Source of the DNA: Candidatus Zixiibacteriota bacterium
GTDB lineage: Bacteria > Zixibacteria > MSB-5A5 > UBA10806
Assembly: GCA_024641335.1 (NCBI GenBank)
Contig: JAHEDG010000007.1
Coordinates: 18,061-82,060, forward strand
DNA: 64,000 nucleotides
Direction: 5' to 3'
Shown here: positions 46,157 to 54,996 of the stretch, in pieces
Layout of the letters: each line of letters begins with the position of its first letter
How positions within the stretch are numbered: position 1 is the first letter of the stretch
Position numbers and translations under genes: made by a program
Notes under the pieces: generated by a model
Told to the model about the DNA's origin: nothing
Seen by the model: the letters and a program-made list of their open reading frames with translations, nothing else
The model's database searches: none

Positions 46157-46918
46157 ATGAGAGCGATTTTTGTTAAATACGCGGTTATTGCGGCGATTCC
46201 GGGGCTGATTTTGTGGTTCGCCAGTATGGCTCTGGCCGAAAACCCCGGATTGTTGTCCCCGGGGCTCTATTCTTATGATGTCAGTTACGCCGGAGGGCGT
46301 ATAGCGGAAATCGATTTTTCGGAGAGTGTTCCATTTCTGTACAACGGGGTGTCGGTCCGGGAAATAGAATGCCGCATAGAATCGGCCGGTCTTTTTAATA
46401 TCAGCGGGAATTACCGGAGCATTATCCGGGATGATTTTACGGTATTATATTTTCGCAGCGCCGAAAGTCAGACGAACGGAATGAGGATAATCGAATACTG
46501 GTTCGAATATGACAAGAACCGGATCAGGGTCAAGGATAGCAGGATCGACGGCCGAGATACGACATCCAATATGGGCGAGATAAAGAACGTAGACCGTCGG
46601 TATTTCGATTCGGTATCCATTATATTCAGGCTTCGCAACGGTTTCGATACTCTTTCAGCGCCTGTTTATATCCCTTATTTTACCGGCGTTCGCGAAGATT
46701 CGGTCAGAATCGAATCTATTTCTGCGCAGGAGCCGGCAAGCGGTGATGAGGATCCTCGGCATATACATATAATCCGGGGAAAATTGCCATATCCCCCCTA
46801 TCCGGGATTCGGAGATGATTTCGAAATTCATATGACCGGAGATTTGTCCAGGATCCCGATCTACGCCAGGATGGAAATGGCGTTGGGGTTTATTGAGATG
46901 AAGCTTCGCGAAGATTAG
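46157..46918 (+). CDS. Hypothetical secreted protein (possibly DUF3108-like)
   Basis: AAAGGAG (46145-46151) precedes ATG 46157. Signal peptide MRAIFVKYAVIAAIPGLILWFASMALA. The family assignment is weak. Confidence 0.5.
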   Translation: MRAIFVKYAVIAAIPGLILWFASMALAENPGLLSPGLYSYDVSYAGGRIAEIDFSESVPFLYNGVSVREIECRIESAGLFNISGNYRSIIRDDFTVLYFRSAESQTNGMRIIEYWFEYDKNRIRVKDSRIDGRDTTSNMGEIKNVDRRYFDSVSIIFRLRNGFDTLSAPVYIPYFTGVREDSVRIESISAQEPASGDEDPRHIHIIRGKLPYPPYPGFGDDFEIHMTGDLSRIPIYARMEMALGFIEMKLRED

Positions 46919-47000
46919 GCGAAGCGGGAGTCGGGGCGGGTTTTCGGCGTGTAATTCAATAGGCTTGACTAATGGCAGTTTCAAACTTAATATCACTACC

Positions 47001-47468
47001 ATGCTGGAAATAAGGGCGGCAAGGGACAACGAATTGCTCCGGGTGGCCCGGCTCTGGAGCGAATTCATGGCCTATAACGGCAAATTCAACGATTCGTTTA
47101 GGATCAGGAAACAGGGTAAAGAGATATTCTCCAGGGAGATGCTGGAGAAGACATCCGATAAGAACAACCATTTGGCCGTAGCCGATTACGACGGAGAGAT
47201 AGTAGGATTTTGTTTTTCATATATTTCTCAGAAGCCTCGTTTTTTTCAACTGGATAAATTCGGTTTTATCGGCGATCTTTTTGTTTTGCCCGAATACCGT
47301 CGTATGGGCATAGGCAGAGAATTAGTCGACGACGCCATGAATTTTTTCGCCGGGCAGAAGATAAAGCAGATCGAGCTTTTGGTGGCAAAGAAGAACGTGG
47401 AAACTATCAAATTCTGGGAATCGCTCGGATTCAGCCATCTGCTCACCTGGATGTACAAAAGGAAGTAA
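47001..47468 (+). CDS. GNAT family N-acetyltransferase
   Basis: Acetyl-CoA binding motif VLPEYRRMGIGRELVD. Size is ~155 aa from ATG 47001. Confidence 0.8.
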   Translation: MLEIRAARDNELLRVARLWSEFMAYNGKFNDSFRIRKQGKEIFSREMLEKTSDKNNHLAVADYDGEIVGFCFSYISQKPRFFQLDKFGFIGDLFVLPEYRRMGIGRELVDDAMNFFAGQKIKQIELLVAKKNVETIKFWESLGFSHLLTWMYKRK

Positions 47469-47473
47469 TTTTC

Positions 47474-48880
47474 ATGACCAAAAACAACAGCGCCGATGAT
47501 TCGGCAGTATATAAGGGATACAAAGGAACGGCCTTGGCCCGTCTAAAAGAATTAGGTGTCAGAGTCTGGTCCGACGTGGAGATAACCACCGAAAAGGGAA
47601 ATTTCAAAGGGGTTATTCTCCCCAGGTCGGAATCGGCCGATGATTTGCATATCGTTTTGAAAATGCATAACGGCTATAATATCGGGATATTAGCCGACTC
47701 GATCAGGACCGCCAAAGAGATAGGATATAAAGAGGCTCATTATAAAATACCGGAGCAGGAGTTTCCGAGGGACCCGGAGAAACCGGAAGTGACGCTTTTG
47801 GGGACCGGCGGCACGATAGCGTCGCGACTGGATTACCGTACAGGGGCAGTGATACCGGCATTCACTCCCGGCGAGCTTTATGGCGCGGTACCGGAATTAG
47901 CGGATATTTGCAATCTGGACACTAAAAAACTGTTCGGTATATTTTCCGAGAATATGGGTCCGGAGCAATGGATAACCCTGGCCAAAGCTATAGGGGTAGA
48001 AATCGAGAAAGGGGTCAGCGGAATAGTGATCGGGCACGGCACCGACACTATGCACCATACCGCCGCCGCTCTTTCGTTCATGGTTCAGAAGACGCCGGTG
48101 CCGATAGTGATGGTCGGTTCGCAGAGATCATCGGACAGACCGTCATCGGATGCCGCGTTCAACCTGCGCTGCGCTGTCTGGACAGCGGCGCACTCCGATT
48201 TGGCCGAGGTAACGGTTTGCATGTTCGGACCAACATCGGATAAATACAATCTACTGCACCAGGGGACCAGGGTTCGCAAGATGCATTCATCGTATCGTTC
48301 TACATTCAGGACGATCGGCGATGTACCGTTGGCTATGGTGGAGCCGGGAAAGATGACGCCGATACGATCGGATTACAATAGGCGCCGTCCGGATAAAAGC
48401 GCGACTATAGATCCATCATTCGACGACCGTGTGGCGATAGTGTACTATTATCCCAATATGAAACCGGATATAATCGAGAGCTTAGTGGATAACGGCTACA
48501 AAGGAATAGTAATTGCGGGAACCGGATTGGGCCATGTCAATAAACCGTTGTACGAACCTTTGCGAAAGGCGGTCGAAGCCGGGGCGCATGTCTATATGAC
48601 CGTGCAGACTCTCTGGGGTTACGTGCAGATGTTTGTCTACGATACCGGCCGGGACCTGATGGATCTGGGGGTTGTTCCAGCGGCCAATATGCTGCCGGAA
48701 GTAGCCTATGTCAAATTAGGCTGGGCGTTGGGGCACACTCATGATAGAGAGAAGGTCAAAGAGATGATGCTGACGCCGATCGCTAACGAGATCACCGAGC
48801 GGGAGCCGTTCGACGGTTACCTGATCATGCAGGGAGGGGTGCCGGAGGTCGAGGAGTTCATCGGGAAGCTGAAGCTGTAG
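47474..48880 (+). CDS. gatD: GatD-like protein (archaeal-type Glu-tRNA(Gln) amidotransferase subunit D; N-terminal barrel + type I asparaginase domain)
   Basis: The N-terminal segment FKGVILPRSESADDLHIVLKMHNGYNIGI is typical of GatD. Asparaginase motifs are LGTGGTIAS and GHGTDTM. The GatD-like MVGSQRSSDRPSSDAAFNL is also present. Confidence 0.65.
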   Translation: MTKNNSADDSAVYKGYKGTALARLKELGVRVWSDVEITTEKGNFKGVILPRSESADDLHIVLKMHNGYNIGILADSIRTAKEIGYKEAHYKIPEQEFPRDPEKPEVTLLGTGGTIASRLDYRTGAVIPAFTPGELYGAVPELADICNLDTKKLFGIFSENMGPEQWITLAKAIGVEIEKGVSGIVIGHGTDTMHHTAAALSFMVQKTPVPIVMVGSQRSSDRPSSDAAFNLRCAVWTAAHSDLAEVTVCMFGPTSDKYNLLHQGTRVRKMHSSYRSTFRTIGDVPLAMVEPGKMTPIRSDYNRRRPDKSATIDPSFDDRVAIVYYYPNMKPDIIESLVDNGYKGIVIAGTGLGHVNKPLYEPLRKAVEAGAHVYMTVQTLWGYVQMFVYDTGRDLMDLGVVPAANMLPEVAYVKLGWALGHTHDREKVKEMMLTPIANEITEREPFDGYLIMQGGVPEVEEFIGKLKL

Positions 48881-48912
48881 GGGTTTATGGATTAAACCTT
48901 TATCATATAATA

Positions 48913-48936
48913 CTGTCAGGTCGAGAGACCTGACAG
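48913..48936. repeat. Palindromic element CTGTCAGGTC-GAGA-GACCTGACAG, followed by CACGG
   Basis: A perfect 10-bp stem. A second, near-identical copy lies at 49217-49241. Confidence 0.8.
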
Positions 48937-49207
48937 CACGGGAGACAGGCATTCCTGACGGTTTGACCTACGAACTACGACAATAGCTCTGACACATTAA
49001 GAAATAGTTGAATATGTCATTGCAGCGAAAGCTGGAATCCATGCAAAGTCCGATGTGTGGATTCCCGATCAAGTCCGGAATGACCAAGAAGAGGCTCGCC
49101 GTCATTGTCGGGTTTCTCTTAGTAATGGCTCACCCAAAACCCGACCTGCTACTGCACCGGTGGGCTATCTATCTATACGAACCCGGGGCTGGTCCGATTT
49201 TTCCTCT

Positions 49208-49241
49208 AAAAAAACGCTGTCAGGTCGGGTTGACCTGACAG
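49208..49241 (-). terminator. Second copy of the CTGTCAGGTC/GACCTGACAG palindrome, acting as a likely rho-independent terminator for the minus-strand lipoprotein gene
   Basis: 10-bp stem at 49217-49226/49232-49241. On the minus strand it is followed by CGTTTTTTT (A-run 49208-49214 on plus). It lies about 30 nt past the stop at 49271. Confidence 0.65.
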
Positions 49242-49270
49242 CACGGTTAATTCTACTTATTAGCCTGCTC

Positions 49271-50146
49271 TTACCGGCTGGCGGAACCAGTCGGGAATGA
49301 GGCGGCATTGTTGGCCATCGACTGCAATACGCCGATTCCGACATCCGCCACGTTCATATCGACCAGCGGTTTCAGGGCAAACGGGCCGGCATCGTTATCC
49401 GGCTCCGGCTCTATGCTGATAACCGCGGCGCCGCCGATCAGATTCATGGCGGGATTTATATAATCTTGTCCGGGGAACGGCGGAACGCCGTCGGAACCGG
49501 CAGTCATGCCTCCCAGGTCGGAATCATCGCCTGAGACCATTGTAAAACGTCCCGTGGTAACCGGGCCGCTCTGGCCGACGACCCAACCTTCATATACCCA
49601 ACCGTCGGGAAGGGTCGGCAGATCGAGGGTCGGGCCGGGACCGGCCATAGGGTCGAGCCACCAGATCCCCTGCGCATAGTCGGTGTCGTCCATGGAGGTC
49701 GACGGTGTATTCAGGATATAGCTTCCCGAAGCGCTGGTGAAAGCGTTGCCCAACGCGGCGCCGTCGGCGACAGTGAGGATGGCTGATCCGCCGGAGAAAT
49801 CACCGGCCAGATAATGCGTGTGAGCCGGTGTCGGGTCGCTATCCGGCGACGGCTCGATGGTCAGGACGAATTTTGCGGCCATTTCGAGATCGGAGAGTCC
49901 GACTGAAAATGAGGATCTGCTCATGACTCCGGAACCGTCGACTGTGAATGTTCCTGTCGAAACGGGGGCTCCGCCAACAATTAGCCAGCCTTCATAAGCA
50001 AACCCCGAACCGAGGTTTTCCAAACCTGCGAAGTTCAAGGTGAGATTGCCGGTTTGAGGAACAACCGGATTGTCGTTGTCGCCGCAGCCGCCAATAACAA
50101 CAGCCAACGCGACGACGGACGCGATTGCGAGTGATGATTTCCTCAT
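49271..50146 (-). CDS. Lipoprotein with two RskA-C-terminal-like (anti-sigma-K type) domains
   Basis: GGAAGGAG RBS, ATG 50146, lipobox VVIGGC. Two repeats of the pattern YEGW[LV][IV].G.P...G.F...(I/T)IEP.PD.D are similar to the extracytoplasmic domain of the adjacent anti-sigma factor. Confidence 0.6.
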   Translation of the reverse strand: MRKSSLAIASVVALAVVIGGCGDNDNPVVPQTGNLTLNFAGLENLGSGFAYEGWLIVGGAPVSTGTFTVDGSGVMSRSSFSVGLSDLEMAAKFVLTIEPSPDSDPTPAHTHYLAGDFSGGSAILTVADGAALGNAFTSASGSYILNTPSTSMDDTDYAQGIWWLDPMAGPGPTLDLPTLPDGWVYEGWVVGQSGPVTTGRFTMVSGDDSDLGGMTAGSDGVPPFPGQDYINPAMNLIGGAAVISIEPEPDNDAGPFALKPLVDMNVADVGIGVLQSMANNAASFPTGSASR

Positions 50147-50274
50147 TGAGATGCTCCTTCCTTTCGGTATCCCGTTAACGGAATTACCTGATGTGATATT
50201 CGCTTTGTTTTTCGACAAGATTACTCATACATAGGTAAATACGAAGATTATGGAAAAGTGGATTTAATTAATCT

Positions 50275-51027
50275 TTAATTATCTGAATGGAATACGTTTG
50301 GACCGGTAAGATACATCATACCAGTGGGTGAGGTTTGGCCTCCGGCGGGTTCGATAGTAACCAGGAAGGAACCGATGTCGCCCATATCGTCGAGTTCGTT
50401 CAAGGCCAGCATAGCGTTGCCATCAGCGGTAACCGTAAACACGCCGGCGCTGGTCGGTTTTCCCTCATGCATTACCCAAAGCTGGTATTCCATACCTTCG
50501 GGGGTTTGAGGCAGTTTGTACATATAGACGACGGCCGCCCCCTTATCAGGATCGATAACCACTTTGCCGAAAGCCTGAGGGTTGGGATCAACCCCCTGGA
50601 GATCGACGAACTGCATGCCGGGGGAATTGAGCAAGGCGGTAACATCGCTGGTCTCGACGAGTCGTCTTTCGAGTTTTATATTCTGAAAAGACAGCGCGAC
50701 GTAACCGGAACCCAAAGCCACTATTAATACAGCGGCGGCGGCCGCTGCCCAGTAGGGCAGCTGAATTTTAAGGGGGCCGGGTGATTTTATTCGCTGACGA
50801 TCGTTCCTTATCTTATCCATAATCCTGGTTTCTATCCTGGCAGGCGGATCAACCATAGGTATCGATTGAGCCAGTCGAAGCGACAGCTCGCTCGCTTCTC
50901 TAAGCCGTGAAATACACTCGTCACAGCCGCTGTCGAGATGATTCTGGATTGCCGGGTACAACTCGGCCTCGAGCGTGCCGAAAGCGTAAGACTCAATTAA
51001 ATCGTAAGCTTCTTTGTGATCCATCAT
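50275..51027 (-). CDS. Anti-sigma factor (zf-HC2 N-terminus, one TM, RskA-type C-terminal domain)
   Basis: H-x3-C-x2-C motif HLDSGCDECISRL, a TM helix AAAAAVLIVALGSGYVALS, and the C-terminal YQLWVMHEGKPTSAGVF...TIEPAGGQTSPTG. Confidence 0.8.
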   Translation of the reverse strand: MMDHKEAYDLIESYAFGTLEAELYPAIQNHLDSGCDECISRLREASELSLRLAQSIPMVDPPARIETRIMDKIRNDRQRIKSPGPLKIQLPYWAAAAAAVLIVALGSGYVALSFQNIKLERRLVETSDVTALLNSPGMQFVDLQGVDPNPQAFGKVVIDPDKGAAVVYMYKLPQTPEGMEYQLWVMHEGKPTSAGVFTVTADGNAMLALNELDDMGDIGSFLVTIEPAGGQTSPTGMMYLTGPNVFHSDN

Positions 51028-51031
51028 GACT

Positions 51032-51640
51032 CTAAACTTTCACGTCCAGGATTCCGCGAAGCTGAACCACCGCTTCCCTAATCCTGGTTTTGACTGTTCC
51101 CAAAGGTGTCTTCAATTTTTCCGCTATCATCGAGTGAGAATATCCCTCGAAATACGAAAGCCGGATCAATTCCCGATGTGTATCTCCGATTTGATCCAGA
51201 GCCTCCTTGATCTCGCGCGCTTCAATCCCGGCCGTTGTGGTATCGGCGTTATCTCCCACCATGACGTTTTCGCTATTATCGGCATTATGGGATTCAATAT
51301 CGACTTCCCTTCCGCGATCCTTGTAATACTTCGATCTGGTTCTATCAATCGCCAGCCGTCGCGCGATTGTCGCTACCCAGGCCATGGCGACGCCTCTGGA
51401 ACGATCAAAGCTCCGGGCGTTCTGCCAGATTTTCAGGAATACATCTTCGGTAATCTCCTCGGCGTCGGTATCGTTGCGCACAATGTTCAACACCAGGCTG
51501 TAAATGAATCGACTTTTATTTTTATAGAACCTCGACAGGGCCGCCGGATCGCCGTCCCCAATAAGGCTGAGCAGGATATCGTCAACTCCCATTTCCTTGG
51601 AATCGTCCGAACCTGGTTTTTCGAGATTTTTCTCTTCCAT
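51032..51640 (-). CDS. ECF-type RNA polymerase sigma factor
   Basis: A sigma-70 region 2 followed by a region 4 HTH (LSYFEGYSHSMIAEKLKTPLGTVKTRI). It lies immediately upstream of its anti-sigma gene. Confidence 0.88.
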   Translation of the reverse strand: MEEKNLEKPGSDDSKEMGVDDILLSLIGDGDPAALSRFYKNKSRFIYSLVLNIVRNDTDAEEITEDVFLKIWQNARSFDRSRGVAMAWVATIARRLAIDRTRSKYYKDRGREVDIESHNADNSENVMVGDNADTTTAGIEAREIKEALDQIGDTHRELIRLSYFEGYSHSMIAEKLKTPLGTVKTRIREAVVQLRGILDVKV

Positions 51641-51793
51641 ATATTAATACGATGAAGCAATGCTGTTGGATTGACGGAGAATTTTTCATTCTGCCCGCCA
51701 AACTCCACGTTAGAGCCTCTCCCCGTTCGGAGTATAGCTAATAACATCGATTATTTCAAGGCCAAAACAGGCGGGGGTCGTTTTTCTTTAGTC

Positions 51794-51823
51794 TTGACCT
51801 CTTTGGGCGGTAAACCTTATTAT
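51794..51823 (+). promoter_or_regulatory. Sigma-70-like promoter candidate (TTGACC - 18 nt - TATTAT) placing the TSS within a few nt of ATG 51832
   Basis: TTGACC at 51794-51799 and TATTAT at 51818-51823. Only 8 nt lie between the -10 element and the start codon, and there is no RBS. Confidence 0.4.
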
Positions 51824-51831
51824 ACACAATC

Positions 51832-52707
51832 ATGCTTAGAGATATCGCGATCAGCGGGCGGCCGCATCAGTGGGTAAAGAATTTGGTAGTTTTTGCCGCT
51901 TTGATATTCGCCCAGGAATACCTGCAGGCGCCCAAGATATATGCCGCGATCCTGACATTCGGGGCGTTTTGCTTAGGGACATCGGCGATTTATATTATCA
52001 ACGATATTTTCGACCGTGAAAACGACAAGCTGCATCCGTTAAAATCGCTTCGTCCGATAGCGTCTGGCAGGCTCCCTGTTTCGAGAGCGGCAACAGCCTC
52101 GATAGTTCTGCTAATGATATCCCTGGGAATGGCCATAGGGACCAACCTGCTAACAGTTGGAACGTTGACAGTTTACATACTTTTAAACCTGGCATATTCG
52201 ACTTTTTTAAAACATGTGGTGATAATCGATGTCATGGTTATAGCGGCCGGATTTATTTTGCGGGCGGTGGCCGGGGGGTTCGCGATCGAAGTGCCGATTT
52301 CCCCCTGGCTTTTGGTCTGCACCACTCTTTTGGCCTTATTTTTAGGTTTCGGGAAAAGGCGGCACGAATTGACTCTTCTGAATAACGACGCTATAGACCA
52401 TCGTAAATCGCTGGCTCATTATTCGATACCTTTTCTGGACCAGATGATCTCGGTAGTTACCGCGTCGACCGTAGTAGCTTATGCCTTTTACACGTTATCT
52501 CCGGAGATAGAACGTCAATTCGGTACCAAATGGCTGTCGTTTACCATACCGTTTGTGCTTTATGGTATCTTTCGCTATCTATATCTTATATTTCATAAGG
52601 AGATGGGCGGAAACCCGACCAAACTGCTTTTAACCGACCCTCCCCTGCTGATTTGCGTAATGCTCTGGCTGATGTCTGTATTGTTGGTTTTGAATTATGG
52701 CAGGTAA
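51832..52707 (+). CDS. UbiA-family prenyltransferase, decaprenyl-phosphate phosphoribosyltransferase-like
   Basis: RPHQWVKNLVVFAALIF and the Asp-rich motif NDIFDRENDKLHPLKSLRPIASG. About 8-9 TM helices. Confidence 0.7.
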   Translation: MLRDIAISGRPHQWVKNLVVFAALIFAQEYLQAPKIYAAILTFGAFCLGTSAIYIINDIFDRENDKLHPLKSLRPIASGRLPVSRAATASIVLLMISLGMAIGTNLLTVGTLTVYILLNLAYSTFLKHVVIIDVMVIAAGFILRAVAGGFAIEVPISPWLLVCTTLLALFLGFGKRRHELTLLNNDAIDHRKSLAHYSIPFLDQMISVVTASTVVAYAFYTLSPEIERQFGTKWLSFTIPFVLYGIFRYLYLIFHKEMGGNPTKLLLTDPPLLICVMLWLMSVLLVLNYGR

Positions 52708-52722
52708 AAAGAGGAAATATCG

Positions 52723-53805
52723 ATGAGTAAATCAAAAGTCGCGGTGATCAAAACCGAACCGGGCAAGGTCATTGACGATTATAAGAGGCTGGCTGAACTG
52801 GCCGGGCTCGGTGACTCGCTGGACAAGAGCAGAACGACTATCTTAAAAGATAATATCTCATGGCATCTGCCGTTTCCGGGGGCCAATACGGTGCCTTGGC
52901 AGTTGGAGGGGGCAATACAGGCGTTGAAATCGGCGGGGATGGAAAACCTGGCGGCTGTTCATAACGATACCGTGGTAACCGATCCGTATGTCGGCGGGAG
53001 ATTATTAAAGCTCAAGCCTATCTATGAAAAATACGGTATCGAGGAGCATTACAACAACGACCCTAAGGATCTCAAATGGATCGATTATATTCCGAAAGCC
53101 GAGATGCTGGTTCTCGACAGAATATTCGACCGGGGTATCAGGATACCGGAGTATTTTATCGGTAAGAACATAGTTCATCTTCCCACGGTTAAGACCCATA
53201 TTTATACGACAACAACGGGATCGATGAAGAACGCATTCGGGGGGCTTTTGAACACCCGCAGGCATTATACCCATTCGGAGATCCATAAAACTCTTGTCGA
53301 CCTATTGGCGATCCAGAAGGAGATCCATCCGGGCATATTCGCGTTTATGGACGGTACGACGGCTGGCTCCGGTCCGGGGCCCCGGACGATGACGCCGCAT
53401 ATCAAGAATTATATTCTGGCCTCATCGGACCAGGTGGCCATAGACGCGGTAGCCGCCAGGATGATGGGCTTTGATCCGATGAAGCTCGGCTATATCAGGA
53501 TGGCCCATGAGAAGGGTCTGGGCACCGGCAGAATCGAGGAGATAGAAATCTCGGGGGAGGATATCTCCGAGGTGAATTTCGGATTTGAGGTCGGGGATAA
53601 TATGGCCTCGCGAGTGGGGGATATTTTCTGGTTTTCGCCGTTGAAGGTTATGCAGAGGCTGTTATTTCATACTCCGCTGGTGTACATATTCGTATTCGGA
53701 TCGTCATTTTACCACGACAGATTCTGGTATCCTCTTAAGGGGCGCAAGATATTCAACCACTGGTTAGAGACTACGGAGTGGGGAACATTGTTCAAGGAAT
53801 ATTAG
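52723..53805 (+). CDS. DUF362 domain-containing protein
   Basis: The KVAVIKTE... start and the central VHLPTVKTHIYTTTTGSMKNAFGG segment are typical of DUF362. Confidence 0.55.
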   Translation: MSKSKVAVIKTEPGKVIDDYKRLAELAGLGDSLDKSRTTILKDNISWHLPFPGANTVPWQLEGAIQALKSAGMENLAAVHNDTVVTDPYVGGRLLKLKPIYEKYGIEEHYNNDPKDLKWIDYIPKAEMLVLDRIFDRGIRIPEYFIGKNIVHLPTVKTHIYTTTTGSMKNAFGGLLNTRRHYTHSEIHKTLVDLLAIQKEIHPGIFAFMDGTTAGSGPGPRTMTPHIKNYILASSDQVAIDAVAARMMGFDPMKLGYIRMAHEKGLGTGRIEEIEISGEDISEVNFGFEVGDNMASRVGDIFWFSPLKVMQRLLFHTPLVYIFVFGSSFYHDRFWYPLKGRKIFNHWLETTEWGTLFKEY

Positions 53806-53850
53806 TATGGCCGGCGATAAATCGAGTTTATTATCATTAGGGGTATTCTG

Positions 53851-54216
53851 ATGCAGCTTATGATACTGATGACTGTGGTGGTGGCTTTAAATGTGTGCGG
53901 GCATGTGTTTTTAAAAGTCGGGATGAACCAGGTGGGAGAGATGGGGATGAGGCCTTTATACGAATTCGGTCTGGCCTCAATCAGCAATGTATTTGTGCTG
54001 ATGGGCCTGACCGGCTATGTAACGTCGGTAGCCGGGTATATAGTGGTACTTTCGAAAACCGATCTTTCGGTGGCCTACCCGATTTTGATGAGCACCGGAT
54101 ACGCGTTGGTGGTGCTGGTTTCATTTATATTTTTGAAAGAACCGTTCGGGACATTGAAATGGCTGGGAATAGTGATGATCATAGCGGGCGTGATGTTGGT
54201 CAGCTTCAGGGGTTAA
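53851..54216 (+). CDS. Small four-helix EamA/SMR-like membrane protein (ArnE/ArnF-type flippase subunit-like)
   Basis: 121 aa with 4 TM helices. Pattern NVCGHVFLKVGMNQ...AYPILMSTGY...WLGIVMIIAGVMLV. Confidence 0.5.
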   Translation: MQLMILMTVVVALNVCGHVFLKVGMNQVGEMGMRPLYEFGLASISNVFVLMGLTGYVTSVAGYIVVLSKTDLSVAYPILMSTGYALVVLVSFIFLKEPFGTLKWLGIVMIIAGVMLVSFRG

Positions 54217-54448
54217 GCTTCGTTTCTTAGAAATCCTCATATTTTCGCAACCGTTGGAAACAAATTCCGTATATATAATCGAAGATAAAAAAAGAGGGCA
54301 ATGATCGCCGGAGAGTTAAGTTGGCCGCCTTGAACATCCGACGATCTCGGGACCCGTGCGGATACCTTTGAATTGCCCTCTATGCATCCAGGATAAGCAT
54401 CGATTCTATTTTTGTCAATCGTAAAACGTGAGTTACGCGGAGGTGGTT

Positions 54449-54889
54449 ATGAAGAGGTTGTCAGCGATCATTCTAACGGCGATATTGATAATGTCGGTGG
54501 CGGTTTTTGCAGGGGATAAATCCAAAACCCAGGTGGCCAGGATCCTGGAGCATAAGTCGTCATTGAACCTGACCGATTCACAGGTCAAGAAGCTTCAGAT
54601 CATAGACAGTGTGGCGCAGGAGAAGATGGGCGAGGCGAAAATGCACGCTGATATGAGGCTGAGGGAAATCGAGCAGTTTTCCTCGGACTGGTCGCGCATG
54701 AACGGAACGGCGGTCAGGACGATCATCAAGGAATACTATGATTACATGGCCGATTACAAGATGGCGGAAGTCAACGCGATTCTGCAGGCCAGGGCGATAC
54801 TGGACAGCAGTCAGCTCAAGCAATTTCATCAGCTGGTTTCGATAGAGGCATTGATGCTCGATATGGAGCAGCAGGTGGCTTTAAGGTAG
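54449..54889 (+). CDS. Periplasmic Spy/CpxP-family (LTxxQ-motif) protein
   Basis: GGAGGTGG RBS, ATG 54449, and a signal peptide. LTDSQ and LDSSQ LTxxQ-like motifs sit in a helical protein. Confidence 0.55.
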   Translation: MKRLSAIILTAILIMSVAVFAGDKSKTQVARILEHKSSLNLTDSQVKKLQIIDSVAQEKMGEAKMHADMRLREIEQFSSDWSRMNGTAVRTIIKEYYDYMADYKMAEVNAILQARAILDSSQLKQFHQLVSIEALMLDMEQQVALR

Positions 54890-54937
54890 GCTTTTCTCTC
54901 CCGGCATCTGCCTTACGGCGGATGTTTTATATACCTG

Positions 54938-54977
54938 CCCCTGTCCTTACTCCCTCCGGGACAGGGGTTGTTTTTTG
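54938..54977 (+). terminator. Rho-independent terminator
   Basis: 9-bp stem CCCCTGTCC/GGACAGGGG (54938-54946/54959-54967) followed by TTGTTTTTTG. Confidence 0.75.
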
Positions 54978-54996
54978 CCCGTTTGGTATATTTGTA

